From the NCBI RefSeq assembly GCF_964355755.1, contig NC_092673.1:30563648-30627647 (forward strand): 64,000 bases of DNA. The letters run 5' to 3'. The stretch comes from Antedon mediterranea. Taxonomy: Eukaryota; Animalia; Echinodermata. Below the pieces are notes generated by a model. The model did not search any database and was not told the DNA's origin. It worked only from the letters and a program-made list of their open reading frames with translations. The translations under genes were made by a program, and so were the position numbers. Within the stretch, counting starts at the first letter, position 1. Every line of letters begins with the position of its first letter. Shown here piece by piece: positions 38,701 through 50,942 of this stretch.

Positions 38701-40514
38701 AAATCACCAGTTCATTTTCATATAAAACATTCTGAATGTTAGTTGGGTTCATTGATATATCCAAGTCAAACCAATTCTTCTTTACTATCATATGGCCAAC
38801 CTATCAAATAAAATATTTATAAAAATTATCAATTATATTTCCTATTATTTCATTTATTTATGAAAACAGAACAAAAGTACATTAATAAGGCAAGATTAAT
38901 TAAATGTTATAAGACAGTTGAGAGCCAAAATAACAGAAATAAAATTATATATATATATATACGGCTGTTCCGCCGTAGAATGTTAAAGAGTCGCTATCCA
39001 ATCGAGTTCGAACAATACCATGAAAGCCCCAGTGGTCTAATGGTTAGGACATCTGCATATCAAGCAGACGGTCCGAGTTCGAGTCTCGGTTGGGGCGACT
39101 TTTTCTCATTCTCACAGATTTCTTCATCTTTATCGTTTCAAATTAATTAATTAAATTTCAGTATATCACCGGGCGGTTTAGAATTAATGTTCTTTGCCTG
39201 ATTTGTTTATATATATATATATATATATATACTTTAAAGTTCTCACCTTGAGAGTTATGTCATGAAGTTGGTAACCTTTGGAATTTAGAAAAACTATTTC
39301 TGCATTTGAGGTGGTTAGAAGTATTTCATCATGGCCATCATTATCTATGTCATACTAAAAAGTAGGGGGGAAACAGTGTTAAATAGATCAGATTAAATTA
39401 ATGATGTAACAAACTTCTGATTCAAAAAATTAACTTCTTACTTACTTACTCAAAGTATGCATATTAATGGGTTTTTTCGATATAGCAACTATACAACATT
39501 GATGAAACCGTTCCTTTTATAGCGATGTAAAGCTCTGTCTACACTATCAAACTTCATGTGACAGAAAATGTGATGTGCCCATATATGGACATGATGATGA
39601 TATATCATTACCATATTTGGGCACATCACACTTTTTTTTTCTAACTAGTTTGATGATAGTGTAGACAGAGCTTTCACAGATCTATTAGTGCCATTTTGTG
39701 GGTTTAACTTTCAAGGTTGCAACAACCACTCTATAACTTACCAATACAGGACTAGCATGGAATGTAGCTCCAGGGAATCTGAATGGCCAATGAGAATGCT
39801 CTAGAACCTGACCTGTATCCCCACTCATCACAGATACCTCCTCAGAGAATGATGCTGTGATGACGTCCAGTTTACCGTCTGAATTGATGTCTGCTATCAG
39901 AGGTGTTGCAGCAATCACACCTGAACCACACTCTGAGCTCCATACCATTTCCACATTATAGTCACAGAGTGGTCTAAGAAAGACAAACAAAAATCATGAT
40001 TTATTCATTTTGTCGCATCTACAGCAGGTGACAAACGTTCTTCAGAGTGAGTGTGGTAGACAATACGCTGGGGGGACAAATTCTGCAAATACAGTATAAA
40101 TAGGGGTACTACTATTGAGTGGAAGTAAATGGAAGAAAACTACACATTTGTTTAGGGCTGGCCACCAAGAAATCAACACAATGTTTGTTGGTTTGTTTTT
40201 TAGGGTTAGATTTACTTTATTTTGGAGTTATAGGTAAATTATTTAAGGTTAATGATACTAGCTAGGCAAGGGGTGTGCTGATTATTAAGTAATTTAGGGG
40301 AGATTGTTTAGCTGTTGGCCAAAAATTAAGAACTATATGCCTACTCTACTACTGTTTGTGTGACCATGCTGCATTCATGACGTAAAACTTACTTATTAAT
40401 ATCATTATGATCATTATATTCTTCACTGTTTTCATCCGAATAACTTAGACCGACATATCTTAGAATAGCTACAATGCACAGAATTGATTCCATGCTATTA
40501 TAACAGCAAACCAT
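32701..40514 (-). CDS. DEX1: DEFECTIVE IN EXINE FORMATION 1-like FG-GAP/beta-propeller type I membrane protein, ~681 aa, 13 coding exons
   Basis: Exons 40514-40393, 39973-39742, 39354-39247, 38800-38708, 37726-37545, 37250-37118, 36679-36503, 36044-35848, 35525-35399, 34712-34449, 33790-33680, 33269-33109, 32839-32701 (2046 nt, in frame). ATPLIADINSDGKLDV, YVSIDAHILATPVICDLNNDG, GIVVFNL, TPTVIDLDG and C-terminal KWLILLPL TM match plant DEX1 as recalled. Probable non-coding exon with donor at 41706. Confidence 0.88.
32857..32972. repeat. 19-bp minisatellite x6 in the last DEX1-like intron
   Basis: (tcagtttagYcaacaagat)6. Confidence 0.9.
34000..34210. mobile_element. Foldback/MITE hairpin
   Basis: ttctgaagtatcataggaatatttggtaatac is the exact inverse of gtattaccaaatattcctatgatacttcagaa. 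Confidence 0.7.
34867..35023. mobile_element. pogo/Tigger-like MITE
   Basis: TIRs agtcaactctccaaatacc / ggtattgggagagttaact with internal tctggtatt repeats. Confidence 0.6.
35227..35380. mobile_element. Family-B MITE
   Basis: Family core and right TIR gtttgatagtgtagacagagcttt. Confidence 0.85.
35599..35733. mobile_element. Family-B MITE
   Basis: Both TIRs present; TAA on both sides. Confidence 0.88.
36713..36878. mobile_element. Family-B MITE
   Basis: Both TIRs present; extra CAGTA inside the left TIR. Confidence 0.85.
37966..38643. mobile_element. Foldback-type DNA transposon with TIRs built of 15-bp subrepeats, 8-bp TSD
   Basis: (aagtcaagtcggccY)n at 37978-38056 is the inverse of (ggccgagttgacttg)n at 38512-38636. 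GTTTGTAC at 37958-37965 and 38644-38651. Confidence 0.8.
39026..39097 (+). tRNA. tRNA-like cloverleaf, anticodon ATC (Asp); probably carried by a repetitive element
   Basis: 72 nt: GCCCCAG/TTGGGGC acceptor, GTCT/GGAC D stem, TCTGC/GCAGA anticodon stem with loop ATATCAA, CCGAG-TTCGAGT-CTCGG T arm, G73 discriminator, then a T5 terminator. Confidence 0.75.
39530..39673. mobile_element. Family-B MITE
   Basis: Both TIRs present. Confidence 0.88.
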
Positions 40515-40561
40515 TGCTGTGTATCATGCTGAAAAAAGAGTGAATATAAAAAATCAATGAC

Positions 40562-41545
40562 AAGCAGACCCATAATGTTTATAAATGATTTGCCTTCTGT
40601 TATTTCTTCCTCTGTACGCATGTTTGCAGATGATACTAAATTGTATAGAGTAGTTAACCCTGTGAATGATGCTCAAGTTCTACAAGAAGATTTAGAGAAA
40701 GCATGTGACTGGTCTGACAAATGGCAATTACCTTTTAACGAGGGTAAGTGCAAAGTAATGCACTTTGGGAAGAAAAACAACAAACATCTGTATGCCATGC
40801 GTGGTTTCTTATTGAATGAAGTTGATCATGAAAAAGACCTCGGTGTTACTATTGACTCTAAACTTGTTTTTAATGTACATGTGGCAGATGTAGCAATGAG
40901 AGCAAATCGGAAGTTGGGCATGGTATATCGAGCTTTCAAGTTTTTAAATATGGATGGGTTTCTTCGTTTATATAAAGCTATTATTCGTCCGACCTTGGAA
41001 TACTGCAACGTTGTTTTTAACTCGCTACATTGTAAGGAGGAAGACCTATTGGAAAAAGTTCAAGAACGTGCCACCAAGCTTATTTTTTCCATTCGTCATT
41101 TACCTTATTCAGAAAGGCTGAAAATTCTCAACCTACCTACTCTCGCATACAGAAGGCAAAGAGCTCATTTGATACAAATTTTTAAAATTTTACATGGAGT
41201 GGATAGTATTTCTGCTGATTCTTTTTTTGAGCGTGATGAAGATGTTAGAACACGTGGTCATTCTTTTAAATTAAAATTTAAGTTCTCACGCACAAATTGG
41301 ATGAGGGACTCATTTGGTCGAAAAGCTATTATATTATGGAATTCGTTATCGGAGGATGTAGTAGCTTCAAGATCAACCAATCAATTTAAGTCCGGTCTTG
41401 AACGGGCATGGTCCAACCACCCTCTTAAATTTGCGCCATATTCAAGAGTTGATGTAATTATCAAGAGGGGCTTATAGGCATAGCCTAGCCTCGACTCCGG
41501 ACCCAGCATTGCTGAGCTCCGGAAACAAGTAAACAAGTAAGTAAA
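40562..41545 (+). mobile_element. 5'-truncated CR1 LINE (RT C-terminal third), 7-bp TSD
   Basis: ORF 40557-41477: FINDLP, FADDTKL, WQLPFN..KCKVMH, EKDLGV, RTRGH, WNSL. Tail (aaacaagt)n. CAATGAC at 40555-40561 and 41546-41552. Confidence 0.92.
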
Positions 41546-41849
41546 CAATGACCTGTCCCGGAAAATGTATGTTGCAGTGGGCTACTCATCAGCGGCGGTC
41601 GTTTCGCCCCTACTTTAATATTGGGATATATGAGCGCCTCGGCCTTAGGCGGGTGCGGCTAGTACGGCATTATTAACACATTAATTGGATATATTTTAGT
41701 ACTTACAATGATATGATTATACACTAGCGCATCTTTTATTTACATATAACAAACACAGAATCAGATTATGATGAGAGACCAAACACATGCAGCACGGAGA
41801 TGAAGAAAAACAACAAAAAGTAGAAACCCATTTTGAAAATTGAGGGCGC

Positions 41850-42391
41850 ACCTTCCCAAAAAATGATTTTAGTGTTTCTTCTTGCAGCCAAAAATTATCC
41901 GATAATTATTAGGCTTGCTCTTTTAATGTACCCCTGAAAAACTAATTTGTTTAATTTTTGTTGTTGAATATGCCATTTTCATGTTCCATAAAAATTGAAT
42001 AGAAACAAATAAATGATTTACCTGAACACTGTAAAAAAAAAATGAGTCAAAAATAGGTTGCCAGCCAATAGGTTTTCAGTTAAATTTAACCGGGTTTTTA
42101 AGTGAAAACGTTTTTTTTTTTATTAATAATCATTTATAATCTAGCCTACTTTTAAACAATAGTAATCGTCTATAAATTGGCATCTTAACAATGTTGATGA
42201 TGTTGATACAGTACAGTGACTTTTTAGATTAGCAACTGTGAATGGTTAAGTTGTCAGCGAAAATAGCCTATATAATTCGATCAGCAAAATAATATTTGAC
42301 CTTAGTATCTTTTTATGGTATAATAACATCCTATCGTATGTTTCATAAGTCGTCTGAGTTCTTCCGCTACAACAGTTACAAGTGAAGAGAC
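41850..42391. promoter_or_regulatory. Short divergent promoter region between the DEX1-like gene (-) and ACE2-like copy 1 (+)
   Basis: Head-to-head arrangement. TATA-like tataataa ~70 nt before the ATG is conserved in copy 2 (~53888). Confidence 0.4.
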
Positions 42392-45300
42392 ATGGCAGCA
42401 AGTCATCGAATTCAACCGTTTTACCACTTTGGTTTGTTTTTACATTTGTTTGCGTTGACTTTAGCTTCATCATCCAACGTTGAAGAAGTCAATGCATTTC
42501 TTACGTATTACGATCAACATGTGGGTGATATTTATTTTTCACGAGCAACAGCCCAGTGGAACTACGTCACCAATATCACGGACGAAAATTCGCAGAAAGT
42601 GGTAAGTTAAGTTAACTATTTAATGGAAACAGCAGATACTGGACATGATTTTGTTTTTGTTTTACTGTATAATTGAATCTCGTCAACTTAAAAAACAATG
42701 TATGATTAAAATATAGGCCTTGGTGTTTATCTTTAAGAACAAAAGACATCCCATGCATCTATGTGACAATTCTAAATAGGCCAGTGAATTAAAACATTCT
42801 TTTAAATATTATTATCATGGTCATAGTAGGTCATTGAGTAACTTCAATCTATCGGAAATGTAGTATGGGAATTGGTCCTTATAGATACAATGTATAACCA
42901 GGGAAGAGTTAAATTTAACTCTTCCCTGGTATAACCTTGGAACTGTTCTCTAACAAACAATTAAAGATAAAATCAGCTGTTATACTAATAATATTATACC
43001 CGGTGGTTTGCTAATAAAAAGCAACCAAGAGTGAAAGCATCTCCCATTGGTTTCCATTGTCTCGGCTACTCCACCCACAATATGAGTCTAAGACTGCAAA
43101 AAAATGTGGACATTTTGGTGTCACGTCATCAAGATATAAAAATAGCCCGCTTTCTTTACTAGTCTGCTAAATTCTTAATCGTTTCGTCATCTTTTGATTC
43201 TCTTGGATTTTCATCTCCGACGCTCGTTGCCAACATTTTCAATTTGCTGCTAAATTTTTAAAAATGTTTGTAGATTATTTGTTCAAATTGTTTGATGTTT
43301 TTAATTAAAGGCCTTTTGTAAAAAAAAATCCTCAATCCAGCTTTTTGGCTGCTACGTATTTTTATTTGCCTTAGTGAATTAATTGTTTTTGATGTTCTTT
43401 TTTTTTAATTGAAATACCGAGATATTAGAAATACATGTGAGCTACATCACCCTCGGCCTTGATTCCTAGTATTAATATTGCCACAAACATTGTGTGGTTC
43501 TGGAGATTAAGTTATTTTTACATATGGGGCCAGCAGATCACATGCCAAAGCGGCATACTTTAACATCATTCTTATTGAGAGCTGGTAATAATATTATTAT
43601 ATGGCCTACAGCTAATCAGACTTTACTTGGGGAAAAGTTTTATCCCTAGGCCTATATCGGTCCTTGGACGTGTTATATTACCTTAGGCTAGGCATATATA
43701 TATTTGATGGGATACATTGTTCGATAAATAAAATTATACCTGCATTTTTATTTGTTCGCGGTAATAAAATATCAGCCTTGAACTCAGTATAAGGATGTTT
43801 TGACAAATATCTGGTGGTATACTAATTAGAGAATTGGCTTTACATTATAATATACACTGTAAATATAGTGTTTAGATTTTTAAACATGTATTTTGTACCC
43901 AGTTTTCCCACACATTTAGCCGTTAAACATGTTTAGATATGAAACATGTTTAGGTTCTAAACACATTCTAAACATGTAGTCTGTACCCAACTCAACACAT
44001 CAGTGACGTGTTGATTAAACATGTGGAGCAATAATGAAGGTTTTAAAAGTGTTTAATTTGCCATGTGTGGAGATTTTTTTCCGCCACAGAAAACACGTGT
44101 CTAAACATGTTGACTGCTAAACATGTGGAGAAATTGAAAATAATGACATGTTGACTGCTAAACAAGTGAAAGAAAACAACATGTAGCTATAAACACGTTT
44201 AGGTTTTAAACACGTAAGTACGTGTTTAAAAGCTCCACACTGTTTTTTCAGTGTAGTCTCTGTGTATTTAACAAAGATTATCAATCAATTTCCACCTTCA
44301 TAAACCTCACAATACGTCGCGTCTGCAAATAATGAGCTAATTCTTTGTCAACTCTCTATAGGTAGATGCTGATGTGGCTGCGTCTGGGTTTATAATCGAT
44401 GCATACGTGAACGCTAGTCGATTCGATGCAGCCTCGTTTTCAGCCGACATTCAAAGACAACTGAAATTCATAAAGGATGTCGAGAACTACGCACTTGCAG
44501 TTGAAGATGAGGACAAATTTCGCACAGTAATAAAACTGTAGACTATTTTTAAAATAAAATACGTACTGCAGTACACAGTACCGTACAGTACCGTGTGTAC
44601 CTTCGCATATAACATTACTGTGTAATTTTAAAGTGATCGCAAAGACTATTGATATTACATAGTCACATTAAGGGGACACTTTCGGGGAACAATCAATGTG
44701 TTGGCTTTACAGGCTTGTCTATTGAATAGGGGTTTGGTCTTAGTGTAAGGCTTAAAGATATATTGTCGCCCTTTAAATAATTTTTATTATGTCTTTGTTA
44801 AATATGCAATTGTACCAAAAATTGGATTGAAAAAAAATATTTACCTAAAAAACTGTAATATTAAGCAAAAAAATTATCAAATTGACTGGAAGTCAATGAA
44901 TTTTGCTTGATTTTAACTGTAATTATTTCTTTTTATAAGTGAAACATTAATTTATTTTTGTCTATAACTTCATTAAAAGTACGAAATGGTATATTTATTT
45001 TATTTATTTATTAAACATATTTAGGCAGGATAACATAAGTCAGAAAAGAAAAGATCACCTTATACAGTTAAATTTCCGTATTTAAAAAGATAAAAGCTTC
45101 ATAATAATTATTATTACTCAAAATATATGGATTGATGATGTCTTTAAACATTTACATACATTTACTCTTCAGTCATACGTTTCTTTCTTTCCAGTTGACT
45201 GATATACTTGCAAAATTGAGCAGAAATTACGGATCTGGAGAGGTTTGTAAAACCAACGGAGAGTGCTTAGCTCTCGAGCCAGGTAATGATGATGTCCTTA

Positions 45301-48300
45301 AGTTGATGCGTAGGCCGGCTATATCACGTATAATCAATAAAAATGTATTTTAGTTCGAGTAATTGAGTATATTTATTTCACGATATATTTATACAACATA
45401 TGATTTTACATATGTACATTACAAGTTATTATTATTTTCAATTCACAATGATAACCTATCTATATCTAAATATTTGCATATACTGTGCTGTATAAAACTG
45501 TCTACACTATTAACACTTTATGTAAAATGTGAAGTGCCATATAGGGAAATGATGATATCATATCACCACCTTATTTTGGCATATAGCTACCATGTTTTGG
45601 CCCATCATCGTTTGATAGTGAAGACTATCTTGTCCCTTTGATTTTCATACGGTGGTATCAATAGTTTTAAAAACGAAAAAAACCTCAGAATTGTGTAAAT
45701 ATAATTATTTTACAAGAGTGGCACTGATTTGTTTTTGACAAATGACAAAACCCTGCTTCTAAAAAAACCCGGGGAATTAAAAAATGAATATTGCGAGATT
45801 GTATTTAGTTTTTTCATAACCAGATCAGTTTCGCCTACGTATTATTTTCACCACTACGACTATATAATTATTATTACAGCATATTCTCGCAGAGATTCAA
45901 AGTAAAAGTTGCTGAATTCTGTTTAAGACGCTTGCAATGTACATAATAATGAAAAAGAAACATTATGCATTGTTTAATGAGTTTACTTTACATCTATAAA
46001 TAATATGATCTCATTTATACATTATGAACAATATCTGTATACAATCATGTAAATTGGTTTTGTAATTTTACTGAGTTGTTCAGCTTTATTATTATGAATA
46101 AATTACAATTCATTAGCCCAGTGAAGAGTGAGATTTCACTAGTCTGACATGGCGTCATAAAACTTTCACACATTTTGTGAGCTATGAGTAGAATAACGTC
46201 TGATGTCCCTCGCTTTTCTTGGCGCAAGCACGCTAGCAACTGTTAAGCTATAGGCCTATGATCTGGACTTAGTTACTCATGAAACGTGCGTGTGTTAAAG
46301 TTATAATCTATGATGCGATTCAATGTCTTTTCTTTTGGTAAAGCTTAGTTCCCACTAGGACGCAACGCAAAGACGTAAGCGAGTCGCATCACAGCGCGAT
46401 GGATCATGCAAACTGTCACTTGTGATTGGTCAACTCACTTAAGTTTGCTTACTGTACGTCCCTCTGCGCTGCGTCCAATTGTTTACCAATCTTTACAATG
46501 CGATGGATTTCTGATCCTTGCTGCTTTCCCCAATATATGACGCAACGCACATGAATTTAACCAATCATGACGCGATGGATCATCCCAACTTTTTCTTTTT
46601 GATTGGCCAACTACGGTAATTTGCGTTGCGCGTTCACCACTGCGTTGCTTCCAAATGGGATTTGAACCAAGTAAGAAGAATATGTTATTCATTTATATTT
46701 TCATTCACACAGGCCTTCAAGAGATTATGGCAACTTCAAAGGATTGGGATGAACTAGTTTGGGCGTGGAAAGGATGGCGAGACGAGGTGGGTCGAGCTAA
46801 TCGGCCTCTTTATATCGATTATGTCGATTTAAAAAACGAAGCTGCAAAAATACTAGGTGAGTAGTTAGACGCGGGAAAACCAGTTGTAGAAGAAGCAACA
46901 ACAGCTATGACTATATGTACATCATTTCCCGCGCCAACGCAAAGCAATGTTAATGAAGTTTGTTGGGGTGGGGGGGGGGGGGGGGGTGAGAACAGTGCGA
47001 AATAATGTGTGCTTATTTTAAGATAGAAAGAAGGAAAGTGAGCACTACACATACATTATGTTTGCATTCGCTCTGTAATGTTATCGTCTATTCTATATTC
47101 ACAGGCTTCAGCGACACCAGTGAGCAGTGGAGAGCACATTACGAAACAGAAACTATAGCCGATGATGCCAAGGCTCTGTACGAGGAAATTCTACCACTTT
47201 ACAAACAGCTCCATGCGTATGTTAGACGAAGGCTTAAGAAGGTTTATGGTGACAATGTGGATTTAAAATCTGCTCTGCCTTCAAACATATTAGGTAGGCC
47301 TACTAACGCGCTAGAGTGATGCTCAATACCTGTTTCCTAGGTTCCAGTTCTGTCAGAGGAAAACATTTATCCACTTCCTAGGATTTATTCAAAATTTTGT
47401 TTATGAAGAGCATGTCTGTTTGTCTTGTGAACAAGATTGCCACCTTTAAGAAGGATAGTGAATGAATTCGCTTATTGTTATCCTTGGCAAGTAGCCTATA
47501 TACACATTAATTATCATTATCGAAAGATATTAAATTTACAACGTTGACAACTGCATATTGCTCACCTAAGATTTAAACTATAACAGCTATAATTATTATA
47601 GGACCTAATGAGTAGATAATGATCGAACGTAGGCCTACCCATTATTGTAATGTTCTATTAATTATAGGTGACATGTGGGGGAGATTTTGGGGTAAAATAT
47701 ATGACGTTGTAGAACCGTATCCTGATGCAACAAGTGTTGATGTAACATCACAACTGATAGAACAAGTAAGTGTTATTCTATAAAATTGTTTAAATATGAA
47801 ACAACGGGGTATTTTTGTCGCAAAAGACAGTATCGGCGTCCCATATATTTCAGTTTTATTTAATAGATTTTATTTTAAACTTGAAAAAAAAAAGAGGTTG
47901 GTTAAGTTTCTTTAAATAATATATAATCAACAATTATTGACTCAATTAGAGAATGACACTTTTACATATACAGTGGCAACGATGAACTTTGACCCTTGAA
48001 TCCGTCAATGTAGTTGACATCTAAAATGACAATTCCCAAGAGAAACAGTCCACCATACTACCTGCTTATGAATTTTTATTTTTATTTTGAAAGGGTTACA
48101 CTGCTCTCGAAATGTTCAACCTATCAGATTCGTTCTTTGTTTCATTGGGTCTGAAACCGATGCCCGAGCTATTTTGGGCTAAAAGTATGATTACGAAACC
48201 AACGGATGGAAGAACCGTTGTGTGCCACCCTACAGCGTGGGATTTTTACAACAGAGTCGATTTCAGGTTAGCAAACGAATCCTAATAAAATACAAAATCA

Positions 48301-50942
48301 TCTTACCAATTACTCAACACCGTGACGCAAAGCTACTCCACAGTAGTTACACAAAATTACAAAATATGTAAGCCTTGACTCTAAGTTTTCTACCGTTTGG
48401 GGAGTTTGTGGTGTTTGTCCATCTGTAGTATCACATGATCAAAAACTGTTATTTGATTCGTTACTGAGTTTACAAATCTCTTCAGCAAACTGGACTGTCA
48501 AGAATATGCTAAATCTGTTACTTCTGCAAAATAGTTTTTAAACTGATGCAAACCTTAAGCTCTGCCTACACTATCAAATTTAAAAAAAAAATGTGATGTG
48601 CTCATAATGGGCATGATGATGTCATATCACTACCATATTTAGGCATATCACTACCATATTTGGGCACATCACATCACAAAAAGTAGTTTGATACAGAGCC
48701 TATGAAAAGTCTGGCAAAACTTGGAGTTTCTAAAGTTTCCTAATGAAGATTAGGCAAGTATATGCTAAATGTTTTGCTTTAAATGTGAATTCTCTATTAA
48801 TGTGTTTCACTTTATTCACAGAATCAAGATGTGTACAGAGATCCATATGCACCATTTTCTGGTAATTCATCACGAGATGGGTCATATCCAATATTACCTC
48901 CAGTACGCCCCTCTGCCTTACGTATACCATGATGGAGCAAATGGTGCCTTTCATGAGGCCGTAGGCGAAGTTTTGTCTACATCAGTTGCCACTCCAAAGC
49001 ACCTCAAGAAAATAGGCCTCTTGGATATTGAAGACACAGATTATAGTAAATTAATCTTGCTTTTTTTGCTATACGAATAGAATGATTAGAATCAGGCGCG
49101 TTTTCAACTGTACTGTAGTCTGGATCGTCAGCTTCAAACAGTCTTTTGACCGCAATAAATCCATTGTAGTTTTTATACTTGATTATTTTAGAAACGGATA
49201 TCAACTTCCTTTTGAAGCAGTCTCTAGATGTGATTGGTACATTACCATTTAGCTACATGATAGATCAGTGGCGATGGGGAGTGTTTGCTGGAGACATCAC
49301 GCCAGAAAAGTACACCGAAGAATGGTGGAAAATGAAGTAGGTGTATTTGAATAATTCAGAGGGGTGACGCCTACTAAAGCTTGGTTCTCATTTAATATCG
49401 TACCTATAGGTTCAACGAAAACGAGTTGACAAATCACAAGCGACAGTTCGGATGACCCATCGCGTCGTGATTGGTCAAATTGCTTGCGGTACGCTTAACA
49501 TCCTTGCGTTGCGTCCAAATGGGAACTACTATTTTTAGTGAATTTTGTTTGCGGTAAAGACAGTTAATACAACCACCATGTTCAATGACACATAATTATA
49601 TTTATTTTCTTTCTTTCTTTCTTTCTTTTTAGATTGGATCTTGTGGGAGTCGTGCCCCCTGTACCACGAGAGGAGAAGGATCTTGATGCCACTGCACTTC
49701 TGCACATTGTCGTCGACTATCCATTTCTCAGGTTTGCAATTTTGGATTGTCAGTTTTCATTTGATGCATTTCTTAAAACAATTATATTGTAATTTGTTTT
49801 ACCAGTAAAATATTCATTTACGGGGTGCCAAACAACATGAAATGAATATAGATAGTGTGTCGTTGGCGCCCCGTATAATACGCTTTAAATGTTTGCAGGT
49901 ACTTTTTAAGGACAATAATCCAGTTTCAGTTTTATGAAGCAATGTGTAATGCCTCGGGTCACCAAGGACCGTTGCACAAATGCGATTTCTACGAATCAAA
50001 AGAAGCGGGAAAACTTCTTGGGTAAGACCAACGGAATTTACATTATTTGCGAATGTATAGGCCTAAAGCTCCGTCTACACTATCAAACTTTATGTGACAA
50101 CAAAAATTCGATGTTCCCATGGACATGATATGATGTCATATCATGACCATATTTGGGCATCACTATCCAGTACACTTCTATTGCATTAATACAAAAACTG
50201 TACATATTGTTCAATTACAAATTTCTAGGGACATGCTAAAACTTGGAAGAAGTAAGCCATGGCCTGAAGCAATGGAAGCTATAACCGGACAGCGGGAAAT
50301 GTCTGCTAAGCCCCTGTTGCAATATTTTGAACCTCTGAGAGAATGGTTAGAAGAAGAAAATAAACGTAACGACGAATTTATTGGATGGGAAAAAACATGG
50401 CGACCATGTAAGACATTTTATTTCCACTTTTAGATTTAATCGTAGTCTACATTGGCAAATAACAACATGTTTGCTAGTGTACTAGACTTCTGCAAACTTC
50501 TTTTCTGCAGTTGTAAACTGGTTTACACTGACACTTTTGTTTCCAAATGCCCAGTTTGTCAAGAAAGGTTTCAAAGCTTGACCAGTCTACCTTCAATAAA
50601 CCACATAGACAGGTTTGCACAGTATTAACATTAGTTTGCAAATGCGAGAGCAAACTCGGAATTTGCCATTACAAACTTGGTAAAGTTGGCTTTCTGCAAA
50701 AAATTACAAATTTCTAGCGTCTTTGAACTCTCCATTTCATTCTGTAAATTTCTGCTTTTATAAGCATAATCCTACTTATTTCGTAGAAAATATGTTCATG
50801 CCTTTTTATTTTTAGTTAGATAAAAATAAAATGTTTATCTTTTACCGTTTCAGATGACACGAGCAGCGGTACCCGATTTGTGCCACTCTTTGCTACTTTT
50901 GTTATGTTGCTCTTAGTAAATCAATTAGTTGTTGCTGAATAG
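42392..50942 (+). CDS. ACE2: ACE2-like M2 zinc metallopeptidase, copy 1, ~641 aa, 13 exons
   Basis: Exons 42392-42601, 44362-44526, 45195-45282, 46713-46856, 47105-47293, 47668-47765, 48094-48266, 48822-49045, 49192-49336, 49633-49731, 49899-50021, 50229-50407, 50854-50942 (1926 nt). Signal peptide, [42 protein letters not shown], hydrophobic C-terminus. M2 family membership is certain; ACE2 orthology is inferred from residues. Confidence 0.9.
43855..44253. mobile_element. CACTG-terminated (CACTA/EnSpm-like) MITE with internal aaacatgt repeats
   Basis: ta|cactgtaaa...ttttcagtg|ta; absent from the paralogous intron. Confidence 0.65.

Noticed and set aside
40557-40575. Start of an independent 306-aa gene
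   Set aside because: The ATG lies in the TSD; the ORF is a truncated CR1 RT beginning mid-domain.
41575-41612. Hammerhead ribozyme (GAAA...CTGATGA on minus)
   Set aside because: Only 9 nt between the motifs, too short for stems III and I, and no cleavage triplet in place.
48230-48266. Coronavirus-receptor inference from ACE2 likeness
   Set aside because: The loop equivalent to ACE2 K353 reads [10 protein letters not shown] / [10 protein letters not shown] and is not ACE2-like; no support.
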